From contig CAXHEV010000003.1 in NCBI GenBank assembly GCA_964015875.1, positions 22,947 to 86,946 of the forward strand: 64,000 nucleotides of DNA, given 5' to 3'. The DNA comes from an uncultured Candidatus Poseidoniales archaeon (GTDB taxonomy: Archaea; Thermoplasmatota; Poseidoniia; Poseidoniales; Poseidoniaceae). The notes beneath the pieces are model-generated. The model had not been told where the DNA came from. It did no database searches and saw only the letters and a list, made by a program, of their open reading frames with translations. How positions within the stretch are numbered: position 1 is the stretch's first letter; every line of letters starts with the position of its first letter. The translations under genes were made by a program, and so were the position numbers. This document shows positions 37,710 through 47,591 of this stretch, one piece after another.

Positions 37710-39491
37710 ATGCAGATGCTAAAAGCGGTAATTACCCCCTTGATTGAGGAGGCTTTGAACGAAGTTGGCGTGGTTAACGAGCATTGGAAAAATATGCTGA
37801 CTCCTTCTCGAGAACTCGAACAAGGCGACATCTCCTTACCATGTTTTCCTTTTGCCAAACAACTTGGTAAGGCACCACCTGTTATTGCTGAATTGATTGC
37901 AGCAGCAATGCCGCACCACGAATCCATTGGAGAAGTCAACGCAGTCGCAGGCTACCTCAACATCAAAGCAAGCCCGACATGGCTTGCTCGAACAATCCTT
38001 ACCTCGCCACAAACCAATGGCCACCCGTTCGGAGAATGCCAACCTACCGGGCGTAAGATCCTCATCGAGCACACCTCAGCAAACCCCAATGGACCGTTTC
38101 ATGTTGGCAGAGCAAGGAACGCAATCTTGGGCGATTCACTCGTCCGCTTACATCGTCTATTTGGCAATGAAGTTCGAGCGGAATACTATGTTGATGACAT
38201 GGGGAAGCAAGTTGGAGTACTTGCCTGGGCACTTGCTCATCTGAGTGAAGACGACGTTAATGCAATCTTGAAAGGAAGTGAAGGTGTCAATCCTAAGTGG
38301 AAAGGAAAGGCAGACCACGAGCGAGTTCGTTGGTACCAAGCAGCGCAAGTTGTACGTCAAGAACGAGACGATAAAGAAGCAATTGAAGAGGAAATAGGCC
38401 GTATGGTTCATGCAAGCGAGCACGGAGACCAAGCTGTCCTCGATGAATTTGAGGCTGCCTACCAACCCGTACTTGATGGGATGCTGATGACGCTTGCTCG
38501 CTTGGGTATTGAATTCGACACGTTCACCAAGGAGTCGATGTTTGTCACCAATGGTGATGTCGGCCGACTCATGCAGCAATTCCGAGGCTTTGACATCCAT
38601 GGAACTGCTGACAACGGTGCGGAATTCTTGGACCTTGGCGCACGTGGACTCAAAGGAAAGACAGAATTTTTCTTCCGCCGAGGTGATGGTTCATCCCTCT
38701 ATGCGACACGAGATATTGCATACCATATGTGGAAATGGCAACAGTGTGACGATCTGATCAATGTTTTAGGTGAAGACCACAAATTGCAGGCAAAGCAAGT
38801 TGGCATGACGCTCACAGAGCTCGGCCAGAATGTCCCCGAGGTTCTCTTCTACTCATTCATCAAGCTACCAGAAGGTAAAATGTCGACCCGTAAAGGAAAC
38901 GTTGTCTTCATGGATGACCTCCTTGAAGAAGCACAAGAGCAAGCTGCTGCTGTAGTAGGAGCACTACGCCCGGATTATGAGAAGGAACAGGTAGATCGAA
39001 TTGCAGGTGCTGCAGGTAAATCAGCGGTTCGATTTAACATCATCAAAGTAAGTCCGGAAAAAGGATTCACCTTCAGGTGGGAAGAAGCGCTTGCCTTTGA
39101 AGGCGGTTCTGCACCTTTCATCATGTACTCGCATGTCCGAGCATGTTCCATTGTGCGACGCTGTCAAGCCGAAGGGGTCGACATCGATGCTGAATTAGCC
39201 AAAACAAACCTTGAGTTGCCAGACTCAATGCCACTTGGGATGATCAGTTTGCTTCGGGCCCTTGCAGTGCATAATGATGTGTTATCGAAGGCAGTCAATG
39301 ACCGTCGACCTCACCTTTTTGCCAACCATCTGCTTCACCTATCGAATTGCTTCAACTCATTCTATAGAGACTGTATGATTGTCATTGAAGGCGAAGTGAA
39401 CACCTTCAACCTACAGATTTCAGAAGTGGCACGACGAATGATGCGAACCGGTATGGAAGGATTGGGGATTGATCCAATCGAACACATGTGA
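37710..39491 (+). CDS. argS: Arginyl-tRNA synthetase
   Basis: Class I HIGH-like motif in TSANPNGPFHVGRARNAILGDSL. ArgRS anticodon-binding C-terminal DALR-type domain. 593 aa. Confidence 0.9.
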   Translation: MQMLKAVITPLIEEALNEVGVVNEHWKNMLTPSRELEQGDISLPCFPFAKQLGKAPPVIAELIAAAMPHHESIGEVNAVAGYLNIKASPTWLARTILTSPQTNGHPFGECQPTGRKILIEHTSANPNGPFHVGRARNAILGDSLVRLHRLFGNEVRAEYYVDDMGKQVGVLAWALAHLSEDDVNAILKGSEGVNPKWKGKADHERVRWYQAAQVVRQERDDKEAIEEEIGRMVHASEHGDQAVLDEFEAAYQPVLDGMLMTLARLGIEFDTFTKESMFVTNGDVGRLMQQFRGFDIHGTADNGAEFLDLGARGLKGKTEFFFRRGDGSSLYATRDIAYHMWKWQQCDDLINVLGEDHKLQAKQVGMTLTELGQNVPEVLFYSFIKLPEGKMSTRKGNVVFMDDLLEEAQEQAAAVVGALRPDYEKEQVDRIAGAAGKSAVRFNIIKVSPEKGFTFRWEEALAFEGGSAPFIMYSHVRACSIVRRCQAEGVDIDAELAKTNLELPDSMPLGMISLLRALAVHNDVLSKAVNDRRPHLFANHLLHLSNCFNSFYRDCMIVIEGEVNTFNLQISEVARRMMRTGMEGLGIDPIEHM

Positions 39492-39493
39492 GT

Positions 39494-40717
39494 TCATTCT
39501 TGGTCACGTCGGTACCATCCTTCTGGCAAAGCCATCGGATCGATTTGACGTGCATCTTTGATGCGGCGAATGATTTCCATTCGCATGGCGTCCATGCCGA
39601 TGAATTCTGTCGCAGACATTGTGACTCTACCCTTGGGATCAAGCAGGAGTGGAAGATCAGGTGTTCCTTCCGAACCATCTTCTCGCCATTCCGATTCTGC
39701 AGTTGACACTTCTTCCCACATCGCTGGCAAAGGTTTCAACAAATCAGCTTTCGACGTCACAACCATCAAATCAGTCCCTGGAAGCATGGCCTGTACATCC
39801 TCAAGTAGGTGCATCTGCTCATCAAGGGGAGTGCCACAAGCCTCGCTTTCGTCCATCAAGAACAGCACGAGAGACCCTATGTGTTCAAGCGCAGCAATGG
39901 CCTGTAATTCGATTGTATTGCGAGCTGTTCTTGGGCGGTCAAGAAGACCTGGAGTATCGACCATCTGATACTGCAAACGTCGATGAGTGAAGTGGCCCAC
40001 GTGAATTTGTTTTGTTGTGAAAGGATAGTGATTGACTTCCATGTTTCCAGAACTCAATGCAGAAATAAATGCTGATTTACCTACGTTTGGAGCACCACAC
40101 ACAACAATGCAGGGCAAAACTTGGTCAATGGTAGGCAGGCGCTTAAGCGTCTCACGAGCCTTACTCAACCAAAGTAAGGAAGGTTTGACTCGTCGCATGA
40201 TGGATGAGATTCGTCCATAGGCTTCTTTCCGTGCATCATGCATCAAATCAGTTCGCCCAGTTCGAATGATTTTCTTACTGTTCTGACCAGCAATATTCAG
40301 AACCTGCTTAGAAGCCCATTGAAGCATCGACAAGTTGTGGCGATAATCATCACAGCCAACGCAAGCGTCAATCATGGCCACGTCGAATTTTGGAGATTGG
40401 TCAAGTGACGGCCACATATTGACAGTGTCCATAAACGTGGTCGAAATGACATCTGCGGCGGTTTGAACCATTCGACTCATCTGCTTTCGAACCCTGAAAA
40501 CTCGATCGGAGTCATCAACCCTATCTGCTGCTTTTCTGGCACGTGAGAAGGCCTTGTCAAGCACTTCATCCTCAAGAAGGACGGTTGGAAGCGTTCGCCA
40601 CGAGACTTTCATCTTCTTCCCCTGTCTTCTGCCGGTGGCCCACCCTTCAAGAATGCATACCCCTAAATTTAGCATTTTCAGCCTTTGAGTGCAACTAAGA
40701 ACAGGAGCGGGGTTCAA
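39494..40717 (-). CDS. Nog1/Obg-related GTPase (archaeal NOG1-family)
   Basis: G1 GAPNVGKSAF. G3 DTPGLLDRP. Further G motifs (TKADL). N-terminal NOG1-like helical region. 407 aa. Convergent with argS, with a 3-nt gap. Confidence 0.65.
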   Translation of the reverse strand: MNPAPVLSCTQRLKMLNLGVCILEGWATGRRQGKKMKVSWRTLPTVLLEDEVLDKAFSRARKAADRVDDSDRVFRVRKQMSRMVQTAADVISTTFMDTVNMWPSLDQSPKFDVAMIDACVGCDDYRHNLSMLQWASKQVLNIAGQNSKKIIRTGRTDLMHDARKEAYGRISSIMRRVKPSLLWLSKARETLKRLPTIDQVLPCIVVCGAPNVGKSAFISALSSGNMEVNHYPFTTKQIHVGHFTHRRLQYQMVDTPGLLDRPRTARNTIELQAIAALEHIGSLVLFLMDESEACGTPLDEQMHLLEDVQAMLPGTDLMVVTSKADLLKPLPAMWEEVSTAESEWREDGSEGTPDLPLLLDPKGRVTMSATEFIGMDAMRMEIIRRIKDARQIDPMALPEGWYRRDQE

Positions 40718-40742
40718 GTAGCCTCGCCTTGTACCTTAGGCC

Positions 40743-41186
40743 ATGGCGAAGAAAAAGCAGAAGGCTACGCTCCCGGATTGGGCAACACAGATGTGGAAGG
40801 ATATGGGCTCGCCAGACCTTGATGAGGTCGCAGACGTCATCAATGGTGACCTTCTAAAACGCCGTCATGGGCTCCGTCGTGATGATTTTGTTGAAATTTT
40901 GATGGATGCTCGCGCACTTCGTGACGATGAAGACGCTTGGATTCGCGGGCGATTGCTTGCCTCTGGGAAGACAAGCATTGAGTTGCTTGGAGAAGATGGA
41001 CAAACCCATTTCGTGGCACGAGATATCATCACTCGAATTGTACTCACCGCTCACACCCGACCTGCTTACATCGATGACAAAGATCTTCTTGCTTTCGAAC
41101 GCGCAGACATGAAGCGTCGTTCAAGCTTGCATGAAAAGGTCGAGAAAGAAAGCAAGGGAAGCGACGATTCTCATCTTTGGGGTTGA
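40743..41186 (+). CDS. Hypothetical protein (147 aa)
   Basis: ATG-initiated, charged, no recognised motif. Confidence 0.45.
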   Translation: MAKKKQKATLPDWATQMWKDMGSPDLDEVADVINGDLLKRRHGLRRDDFVEILMDARALRDDEDAWIRGRLLASGKTSIELLGEDGQTHFVARDIITRIVLTAHTRPAYIDDKDLLAFERADMKRRSSLHEKVEKESKGSDDSHLWG

Positions 41187-41190
41187 AAAA

Positions 41191-41439
41191 ATGAACCTCC
41201 CCACTGGATGGACCATTGTTGATGAACGCTTGATGAGGGATTTCAAATTTCCAAATTTTTTGTCGGCAAAGACCTTCGTGGATACGATTTCAGACATTGC
41301 CGAAGAGGTCAATCACCACCCAGACATCCATTTTGGCTGGGGATACGTCGTTGTGGAGTTATTCACTCATGATGAGAAAAAAATCACTGAGAAGGATACT
41401 GAGGTAGCCCAACGCATCAATGCTTCAATGGAGGATTGA
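41191..41439 (+). CDS. Pterin-4a-carbinolamine dehydratase (PCD/DCoH)
   Basis: Signature [EDKH]-x(3)-H-[HN]-P motif present as EEVNHHPDI. PCD-like flanks (FKFPNFLSAKTFVD ... GWGYVVVELFTHD). Internal ATG 41191 preferred over track start 41131. Confidence 0.75.
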   Translation: MNLPTGWTIVDERLMRDFKFPNFLSAKTFVDTISDIAEEVNHHPDIHFGWGYVVVELFTHDEKKITEKDTEVAQRINASMED

Positions 41440-41443
41440 AGCG

Positions 41444-41785
41444 ATGCCTACTGACCCAAAGGGCAGAACAAAACCCGGCTATCGAAAACACATGTTCGTC
41501 TGCGGGCACGAACGACCTGAAGGTTCAGCACGGCCATCATGCTCACGTCGTGGTAGTTTGGCCCTCATGCAATCCATCAAACGGGCGGCTAAACAAGCAG
41601 GTCTGCACGATGTAAGGGTTCAGAAATCTGGTTGCCTAGACTTTTGTGAGTTTGGTACAACCGCCGTCATATATCCAGAAGGCATCTGGTACACATTGAA
41701 AGGCGAAGAGGCTGTTGCCGCCATGGTTCAACACTTGCAAAGCGGTACCGGAGCGGTAGATCTGCAGATGAATATGGACGAGTGA
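41444..41785 (+). CDS. Thioredoxin-like [2Fe-2S] ferredoxin
   Basis: Four-Cys pattern CGHERPEGSARPSCSRRGS ... SGCLDFCEFGTTAVIYPEG typical of thioredoxin-like (NuoE-type) 2Fe-2S ferredoxins. Starts 5 nt after the PCD stop; the track's 41420 start would overlap PCD. Confidence 0.65.
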   Translation: MPTDPKGRTKPGYRKHMFVCGHERPEGSARPSCSRRGSLALMQSIKRAAKQAGLHDVRVQKSGCLDFCEFGTTAVIYPEGIWYTLKGEEAVAAMVQHLQSGTGAVDLQMNMDE

Positions 41786-41797
41786 GGCATTCTAGGT

Positions 41798-43378
41798 TCA
41801 AGACTCAGAAGATGCCGATGTTCCTTCCGTATCATTCTCACGGGTTCTCTGGCAAGTATCTGCTTGACATGGTTCGTGAGGCTGGGCATTGCTGGTCGAT
41901 GCGAGAAGTGGATCCATTTGGTCAAATGCCTCAAGAAGACTCGGACCGCTTGCTAGGTAGTAAACTGAGCCTCGTCCATCCCGCGAATCTTCAGCACTTG
42001 CATTCTCATTCGTTGCACAATCACCAGTGCAGCCGTCAGCAAATGCGACATAGACTCGACCTTCACGATCGATGTGCAAGTCGTTAAAATCCAGTAGGTT
42101 ACGATTGGAACCACCGATATCTCTGCAATCACCGGAATTGAGACAAATAGAACCAATCTGAACTGGATCATCAGTCACTCGTTGAGTATGGAAAATTGGA
42201 TTCTCATCAAGCGCATTGAGACTGTAGGTGATGTAGAGATGGTAGGTCGCATTGTTCGGAGCATAGTGTGCGTTTCCATCCCAAGGGCTTCCATCAATAT
42301 TTGATTCACCAAGCATTTCAGAATTTTCACTACCAAGGTAGGTGATGGCGATTCGTCCAGGGTCACCGGCATCGGTTTGTGGGAAGACAGTTGAAATGAC
42401 GCCCGCAGGTGAAATTCTGATGCTCTCTTGTTCCCAAGTTTCACCCGAATCTATGGAGCGTGACATGTAGACGCCTTCATCAGCACCAGTCCAAACGTGA
42501 TAGGCGTTTGATGCAGTATCTGCTGCAACCTCTGAATTCTTCCTTGGGTAGGGAGTTCCTGCATCTTCCCCCATCGAGCGCTCGAACCAAGAAAAGCCAT
42601 TGTCTTTGGAAACGATTACGGTTGGTGTTTCTACTCGCGGCGTGACGTAGACTGTGCCATCGGGTGCAGTCGAGATTGCCCCGTGCAGACCTCCATTTGT
42701 TGTCGCAAGTCCGATGATTTGACCACCGGTTTCGAACGTAGCTCCACCATCAAAACTGGTGAAGCAGAAAATGCCTACAAGTTTGTTGTAGCAGTAATAC
42801 ACAGCGGTTTCGTAGAGGTTGGTTGTCAAGGCACCAAGTGCAGCATATGGCCCAGTGTTGGTCCATGGTCCACTCGCTAGTTTGATGTGGTCATTGATTG
42901 GAGTCGTGCCTGAGTCGTGTGGGTTTCCTAGCCATGTATCGCCGTCATCATCGCTCCAACAAATCCATGAAGTTTCAAGTCCAATCATCTGGACATTGAA
43001 AATCCGGTCCGTGATTGGGTCCACCCATCCATAAGGGTCGCTTGTGGTTGGCGAGCATTGAACAGGATCTTGTGTTTCTTCCCACGCTTCACCATAATCA
43101 CATGACCTCATCACCTTCTCCATAGCGATGAAAAAGATGCACCCACTGGAGGTGATGCCGATGCTGGGTTCCTTGCCAGTTTCACCGACATCACTGAATT
43201 GAAACTCTATGTTGAGGGGCGGAACATTGCTGTCATTGCCGTATTTATCTGTGACAAATACCCGCTGATCTTCTACAATCACCACTTCTTCCTCGATTTC
43301 TATTTCCTCAGCGCCAAAACATCCGGAGAGGGAGAGGGTGGCAACCAAAAAACACAGGAGAATCGCTCTGACTCGCAT
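41798..43378 (-). CDS. Secreted BNR/Asp-box repeat (sialidase-like beta-propeller) lipoprotein
   Basis: Signal peptide ending in a lipobox-like LSGC. At least five S-x-D-x-G-x-T-W BNR repeats (SCDYGEAWEE, SDDDGDTWLG, SFDGGATFET, SKDNGFSWFE, SIDSGETWEQ). Confidence 0.75.
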   Translation of the reverse strand: MRVRAILLCFLVATLSLSGCFGAEEIEIEEEVVIVEDQRVFVTDKYGNDSNVPPLNIEFQFSDVGETGKEPSIGITSSGCIFFIAMEKVMRSCDYGEAWEETQDPVQCSPTTSDPYGWVDPITDRIFNVQMIGLETSWICWSDDDGDTWLGNPHDSGTTPINDHIKLASGPWTNTGPYAALGALTTNLYETAVYYCYNKLVGIFCFTSFDGGATFETGGQIIGLATTNGGLHGAISTAPDGTVYVTPRVETPTVIVSKDNGFSWFERSMGEDAGTPYPRKNSEVAADTASNAYHVWTGADEGVYMSRSIDSGETWEQESIRISPAGVISTVFPQTDAGDPGRIAITYLGSENSEMLGESNIDGSPWDGNAHYAPNNATYHLYITYSLNALDENPIFHTQRVTDDPVQIGSICLNSGDCRDIGGSNRNLLDFNDLHIDREGRVYVAFADGCTGDCATNENASAEDSRDGRGSVYYLASGPSLLEAFDQMDPLLASTSNAQPHEPCQADTCQRTRENDTEGTSASSES

Positions 43379-43402
43379 ACATCGCCCTAAAGGGCGCCTG
43401 CA

Positions 43403-43412
43403 ATTATATTAT
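43403..43412 (-). promoter_or_regulatory. Candidate TATA box for the BNR-repeat gene (probably leaderless)
   Basis: AT-rich caattatattatcc lies about 27-34 nt upstream of the ATG at 43378. A second AT-rich box (taaattaatatatc, 43448-43461) lies further upstream. Confidence 0.3.
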
Positions 43413-43511
43413 CCATCAGTAAATCTGTGCAAAATGATACGGGGACGTAAATTAATATATCATTGTGCCTCGAAAGGAGAAGTCTCTTTTCTCTATAGAA
43501 AGACGGGCTAA

Positions 43512-43922
43512 TCATAGTTTGACTGGTCGAGTCGCACCGCATGCTTGGCACTTGAGCAAGGTTGTACGATCGTGCTTCTCGAAGTGAGTATCAGGTGCAC
43601 CACATTGTGTACATTTGATGTAGGCATTGACATAATTGGAAATGGTCTTTTTGATGCGCTTTGGAGGGATACGGCCCTTGAACCGAGCACGGGGCCCATC
43701 ACGAGAACCGGATGTACCCAACTCATTGAGGATGTACTGATAGACATGGTTGTCATCACGATCCATCATTGAGACAACCTCGTTGAAATTACGGAAAATA
43801 GTGTTCTGTCCTTCGATGAGGATCTGTGGCGGCGGTAATCTCCACCTCGACCTTGAAGAGATTTCTTCGGGGATGTTCTCCCGTGCTCGGTCGAGAAGGG
43901 ACTCGTAATCGAAGTCGCTCAT
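43512..43922 (-). CDS. Translation initiation factor aIF2 beta subunit
   Basis: C-terminal C4 zinc ribbon (CTQCGAPDT ... CQACGA). Conserved aIF2-beta core (NFNEVVSMMDRDDNHVYQYILNELGTSG). Confidence 0.85.
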   Translation of the reverse strand: MSDFDYESLLDRARENIPEEISSRSRWRLPPPQILIEGQNTIFRNFNEVVSMMDRDDNHVYQYILNELGTSGSRDGPRARFKGRIPPKRIKKTISNYVNAYIKCTQCGAPDTHFEKHDRTTLLKCQACGATRPVKL

Positions 43923-44014
43923 GCGTCAATGCCTGTGCCGCTCTTTCTTGAAGCCATCGGAGGCGAACGGGCAAAGGATTGATGAGGTTGAGACCTTAGC
44001 CCAACCTGAGAAGT

Positions 44015-44599
44015 ATGGTGTTGAGCATCGAAGAACTGAGAGCACAGGCCTATGGCATGAGAAAAGAAGGGCTTAATTCCCAACAAATTGCTGATGAACT
44101 TTCACTCTCGCAAGACACCATCTCGTGGTTGCTTACTGAAGGTGGAAATGATGACCGTCCAACGGATGTGCGAATTGGTTGGCGAAGCATCGGCGTGCGT
44201 CCAGAGCGAATCGCTGCTGTTGGCACGATCATGGCCGATGTCGCTGACGAAGAGCTGGGACTGGAAGATATTGACACCGTAGTTGGTATTTCCATCAACG
44301 GGATCACATTTGCTCACGAAGTTGCACGAAACTTAGGTGCTGAATTCACCATTTTCCGAAACGTCGAAGGGGAAGACGGTCAAGGTGTTCTTTCGAACAA
44401 GTACGGCAAAGTTGCTGGAAAGAAAGTGGTCATCATCGACGATGTCCTTTCATCCGGAGTCACTATGGGAAAAACCATTGAAGCGATCCGTTCGGTGGGT
44501 GGAGACGTTGGACTTGCCATCGTTCTTGTCAACAAAACCACTCGAAACGAAATCCAAGATGTACCCTTAAGAGGCATCATCCGAGCCGTTCCTGTTTGA
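44015..44599 (+). CDS. Orotate phosphoribosyltransferase-like protein (HTH + PRTase domain)
   Basis: N-terminal HTH (SQQIADELSLSQDTISWLL). PRPP-binding loop VVIIDDVLSSGVTMGKT. 194 aa. Confidence 0.7.
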   Translation: MVLSIEELRAQAYGMRKEGLNSQQIADELSLSQDTISWLLTEGGNDDRPTDVRIGWRSIGVRPERIAAVGTIMADVADEELGLEDIDTVVGISINGITFAHEVARNLGAEFTIFRNVEGEDGQGVLSNKYGKVAGKKVVIIDDVLSSGVTMGKTIEAIRSVGGDVGLAIVLVNKTTRNEIQDVPLRGIIRAVPV

Positions 44600-44610
44600 G
44601 GTGAAGAAGA

Positions 44611-46212
44611 ATGCACTGGGCAGATGTCGCAGCGAAGGCGTTGAGCCACAAAGGCGACAAGCACATTGTTTCAACGGGAATCACACCGAGTGGAGAATTC
44701 CACATTGGGCATCTTCGTGAAATCCTCACAGGGGATATGATTGCAAGGGCAGCTCGAAATGCGGGGTTAGATGTCGAATTTGTTTTTGTCGTCGATACCG
44801 CAGACCCACTGCGGAAGGTCTACGAATTTCTTGGACCTGAATATGAGCAATTCATTGGCCATCAACTTGGATCCATCCCTGCACCTGATGAGGATGGAAA
44901 CCCCGATTGGAAGCGATTTGAGGATGGTTGGACCTATGGTGATCATTTCTTGAAGCCCTTTCTTCAAGCGTTAAACCAAATCGGAGTTCGGCCACGAATC
45001 ATTGACAATCTTGACGCCTATCAATCTGGAAAATTCGATACCCTGGCCAAGATTGCATGTGACAGAGCAGACGATATCCGTGAAGCCATTGAACGAATAT
45101 CAGGGCGTGAATTAGCAGAAGATTGGTTCCCATGGAGCCCACTCGACTCAAAGGGTTCACTCGATGGAGTCAAGGTGACAGGATATGAATACCCACTTGT
45201 TCATTGGCACGATTCGCACGGCGTTGACGGCACGTCAGACATTTCCAAAGGCGAGGGTAAGCTCCCATGGCGGATCGATTGGCCCGCAAAATGGGGCTGG
45301 ATTGGCGTCACCTGTGAGCCATTTGGTAAAGATCACGGTGCTGCAGGTGGATCATATGCAACCGGACGAGAAATAGTGCAGATTTTAGGCCATGAGGCAC
45401 CTCATCCATTGACCTATGAGTGGATCAGCCTCAAGGGTCAAGGAGCCATGTCATCATCTGCAGGAAATACAATCGGTCCAATTGAAGCTCTCGAATTAGT
45501 GCCACCCGAAATCCTTCGTCTCCTCGTTGCAAAATCAAAACCAAACAAGGCTATTGAGTTCGACACAGGGATGAGTTTAGTGAACCTTGCAGACGAGTAT
45601 GAGCGACTTGCAGCAAGGGATTACGCTACCGAATTAGCGAATGAAGAACTAAGTCGACGTCAACGAGTACAAGTGGAAGATGCTGCTGGAGCCATGCGAA
45701 TGGCCGCAGTTGAAGAAGGGGAAGTGGCTCAAGCCACAGCAGTCACCTTCAGGCATCTTGCCCTTCTTGCACAAACCAAAACAACTGATGATGCTGTATG
45801 GGACAGTCTACGAAATGCTGGAGCCATTGAACAGCCAACTCAATCACTCATCGATCGACTAATGCGGATGCGTGCATGGATTGATTCCAAGCATTTCCCT
45901 CTGGAAATGAAAATCAGTATTTTGGATGCTCCGAATCATTCGGCGCTCGCACAACTGAACGATGATGAGCGCTCGGTACTGAATTCGCTTGCCGAGACCC
46001 TCGAAAAATGTGACTGGAATGCTAGCAGCATTAGTGCCGCCATCCCTCAGTCCGCAAAAAACCTCGAACTCTCTCCAAAAGCAGGCTACAGAGCAGCATA
46101 TGCAGCACTCATGGGGAAAGAGCGTGGACCTAGACTTGCTCCAATCCTTGCGGAAATGGACCAGAGCAAAATTGTTGAGCTCTTGAAAGCCTGTGCTGAA
46201 AACCTCAACTGA
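44611..46212 (+). CDS. lysK: Lysyl-tRNA synthetase, class I
   Basis: HIGH motif (EFHIGHLREIL) and KMSKS-equivalent (AMSSSAGN). Full-length class I LysRS architecture (533 aa). Confidence 0.9.
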   Translation: MHWADVAAKALSHKGDKHIVSTGITPSGEFHIGHLREILTGDMIARAARNAGLDVEFVFVVDTADPLRKVYEFLGPEYEQFIGHQLGSIPAPDEDGNPDWKRFEDGWTYGDHFLKPFLQALNQIGVRPRIIDNLDAYQSGKFDTLAKIACDRADDIREAIERISGRELAEDWFPWSPLDSKGSLDGVKVTGYEYPLVHWHDSHGVDGTSDISKGEGKLPWRIDWPAKWGWIGVTCEPFGKDHGAAGGSYATGREIVQILGHEAPHPLTYEWISLKGQGAMSSSAGNTIGPIEALELVPPEILRLLVAKSKPNKAIEFDTGMSLVNLADEYERLAARDYATELANEELSRRQRVQVEDAAGAMRMAAVEEGEVAQATAVTFRHLALLAQTKTTDDAVWDSLRNAGAIEQPTQSLIDRLMRMRAWIDSKHFPLEMKISILDAPNHSALAQLNDDERSVLNSLAETLEKCDWNASSISAAIPQSAKNLELSPKAGYRAAYAALMGKERGPRLAPILAEMDQSKIVELLKACAENLN

Positions 46213-46274
46213 CACGATTTGAAGCCCAAGCGGCGAGTTCGGGTTCGTGAAATGTCGTACAGTCCGCAACAAAA

Positions 46275-47588
46275 TTGCGGCATTTGACCATCACCATTGA
46301 AAGAGGTGAGCGTGTACTTGGGCACATGGCGGGGGTGTACTGTCCAACCTGTGAAGCGGGTGTTGAAGCGGCGGCTAAGTTTTGCCTGTCCTGTGGCCAC
46401 GACCTCACCGGCCAGGGTCCAATCACGGCTACGGGTCACGATTTGAATCAAATCAAGGAAGTGATTCGACACCGCGAAGACCTCTCTATGGCAGAAAAAT
46501 TCGATATGATTGCTAAGGTCGAAGAGGGGGCAAACCCAATCCTTCTTGGCATCGCTGCTCCAGCTGAAGGCGAAGATGTCGATCTGGCAGGAGCATTTGG
46601 CACAGAATTGGAAGAGTCGGCAGGCTCCGCCTATGCCAGCCATGAATGGGGACAATCTCCCGCGGCTAACGCCGCTGTACGAGCTGTTGTTCGTGGAACA
46701 AATGGATGGGATTTAATCCAAGCAGGAAAACTTGACCTCAGTGAAGGTTTGTTCCGAGATGCAATGGACAACGGAATGGAAGCATCCACTCACATTCACG
46801 ATGTTGCAAGTGGTGAACACGAAGGAATTGACCCTGATGCCATGCGTGCAATCCCTGTATTGAAACCACCCAAGCGGAGTTTCTGTCCAAAATGTGGTTC
46901 AGATATTCATGCCAACACCATGCTACAGTGGCGAAAGTGGCGAGATTCTTCTGGTGCGGTTGTGTCGATGCAACTCGAGGCTTCTATGGAGACGTCCCTC
47001 ATACAAGTTGCTGCTCACTATCTCAATGTGATGCAGGCCATGAAGGATGAACGCGATGATGCAATCGCCCGAGCAGCAAAAGGCGATCCTGGGGTCATCG
47101 AAGCAAAGCTTCGCGAACAACTTGAAGTCAGTATTCGAAAAGAACTTGAACAAGAAATTCGCTCTGAGATGGAAGAGGAATTCAAGGGCAGAGCAGTGGC
47201 AAGTGCTGACGCTAAATCCACCCCGAAGAAGCAGACTTCCAAAGGCAAGCAAAGCACTGCCAAGAAGGCGGTGACAAAAGCGGCTTCTGGGACCAAAAAG
47301 AAATCAGGCGGCATGTTTGGGCCAAAGAAGGTCAAGAAAACATACGAAGGTGAACCTGGCGGTAAAGCAGATTGGTTCCTTGGCGAAGCCCTCGACACTG
47401 TCTATGACCCTCACGGCACTGGAAAAACCATCAAACCAGCAACTATTCTTGCCCGTTCAAGTGACGGGAACGTAAGGGTTCGAGATGTCGTGAGGATCTA
47501 TGACATCGAGGGCGAGGCGGGCATCAGTGAACTTGCTTGGACAAGTCCGCTCACCAAATACATCATCGATGCCTACGATGCTTGCTGA
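46275..47588 (+). CDS. Hypothetical protein with two zinc ribbons, a coiled coil and a Lys-rich basic segment
   Basis: CPTCEAG ... CLSCGHDL and CPKCGSD ribbons. EAKLREQLEVSIRKELEQEIRSEMEEEFKG helix. KSTPKKQTSKGKQSTAKKAVTKAASGTKKKSGGMFGPKKVKK tail. Globular C-terminal ~90 aa. Possible start also at M18 (nt 46326). Confidence 0.55.
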   Translation: MRHLTITIERGERVLGHMAGVYCPTCEAGVEAAAKFCLSCGHDLTGQGPITATGHDLNQIKEVIRHREDLSMAEKFDMIAKVEEGANPILLGIAAPAEGEDVDLAGAFGTELEESAGSAYASHEWGQSPAANAAVRAVVRGTNGWDLIQAGKLDLSEGLFRDAMDNGMEASTHIHDVASGEHEGIDPDAMRAIPVLKPPKRSFCPKCGSDIHANTMLQWRKWRDSSGAVVSMQLEASMETSLIQVAAHYLNVMQAMKDERDDAIARAAKGDPGVIEAKLREQLEVSIRKELEQEIRSEMEEEFKGRAVASADAKSTPKKQTSKGKQSTAKKAVTKAASGTKKKSGGMFGPKKVKKTYEGEPGGKADWFLGEALDTVYDPHGTGKTIKPATILARSSDGNVRVRDVVRIYDIEGEAGISELAWTSPLTKYIIDAYDAC

Positions 47589-47591
47589 TGA

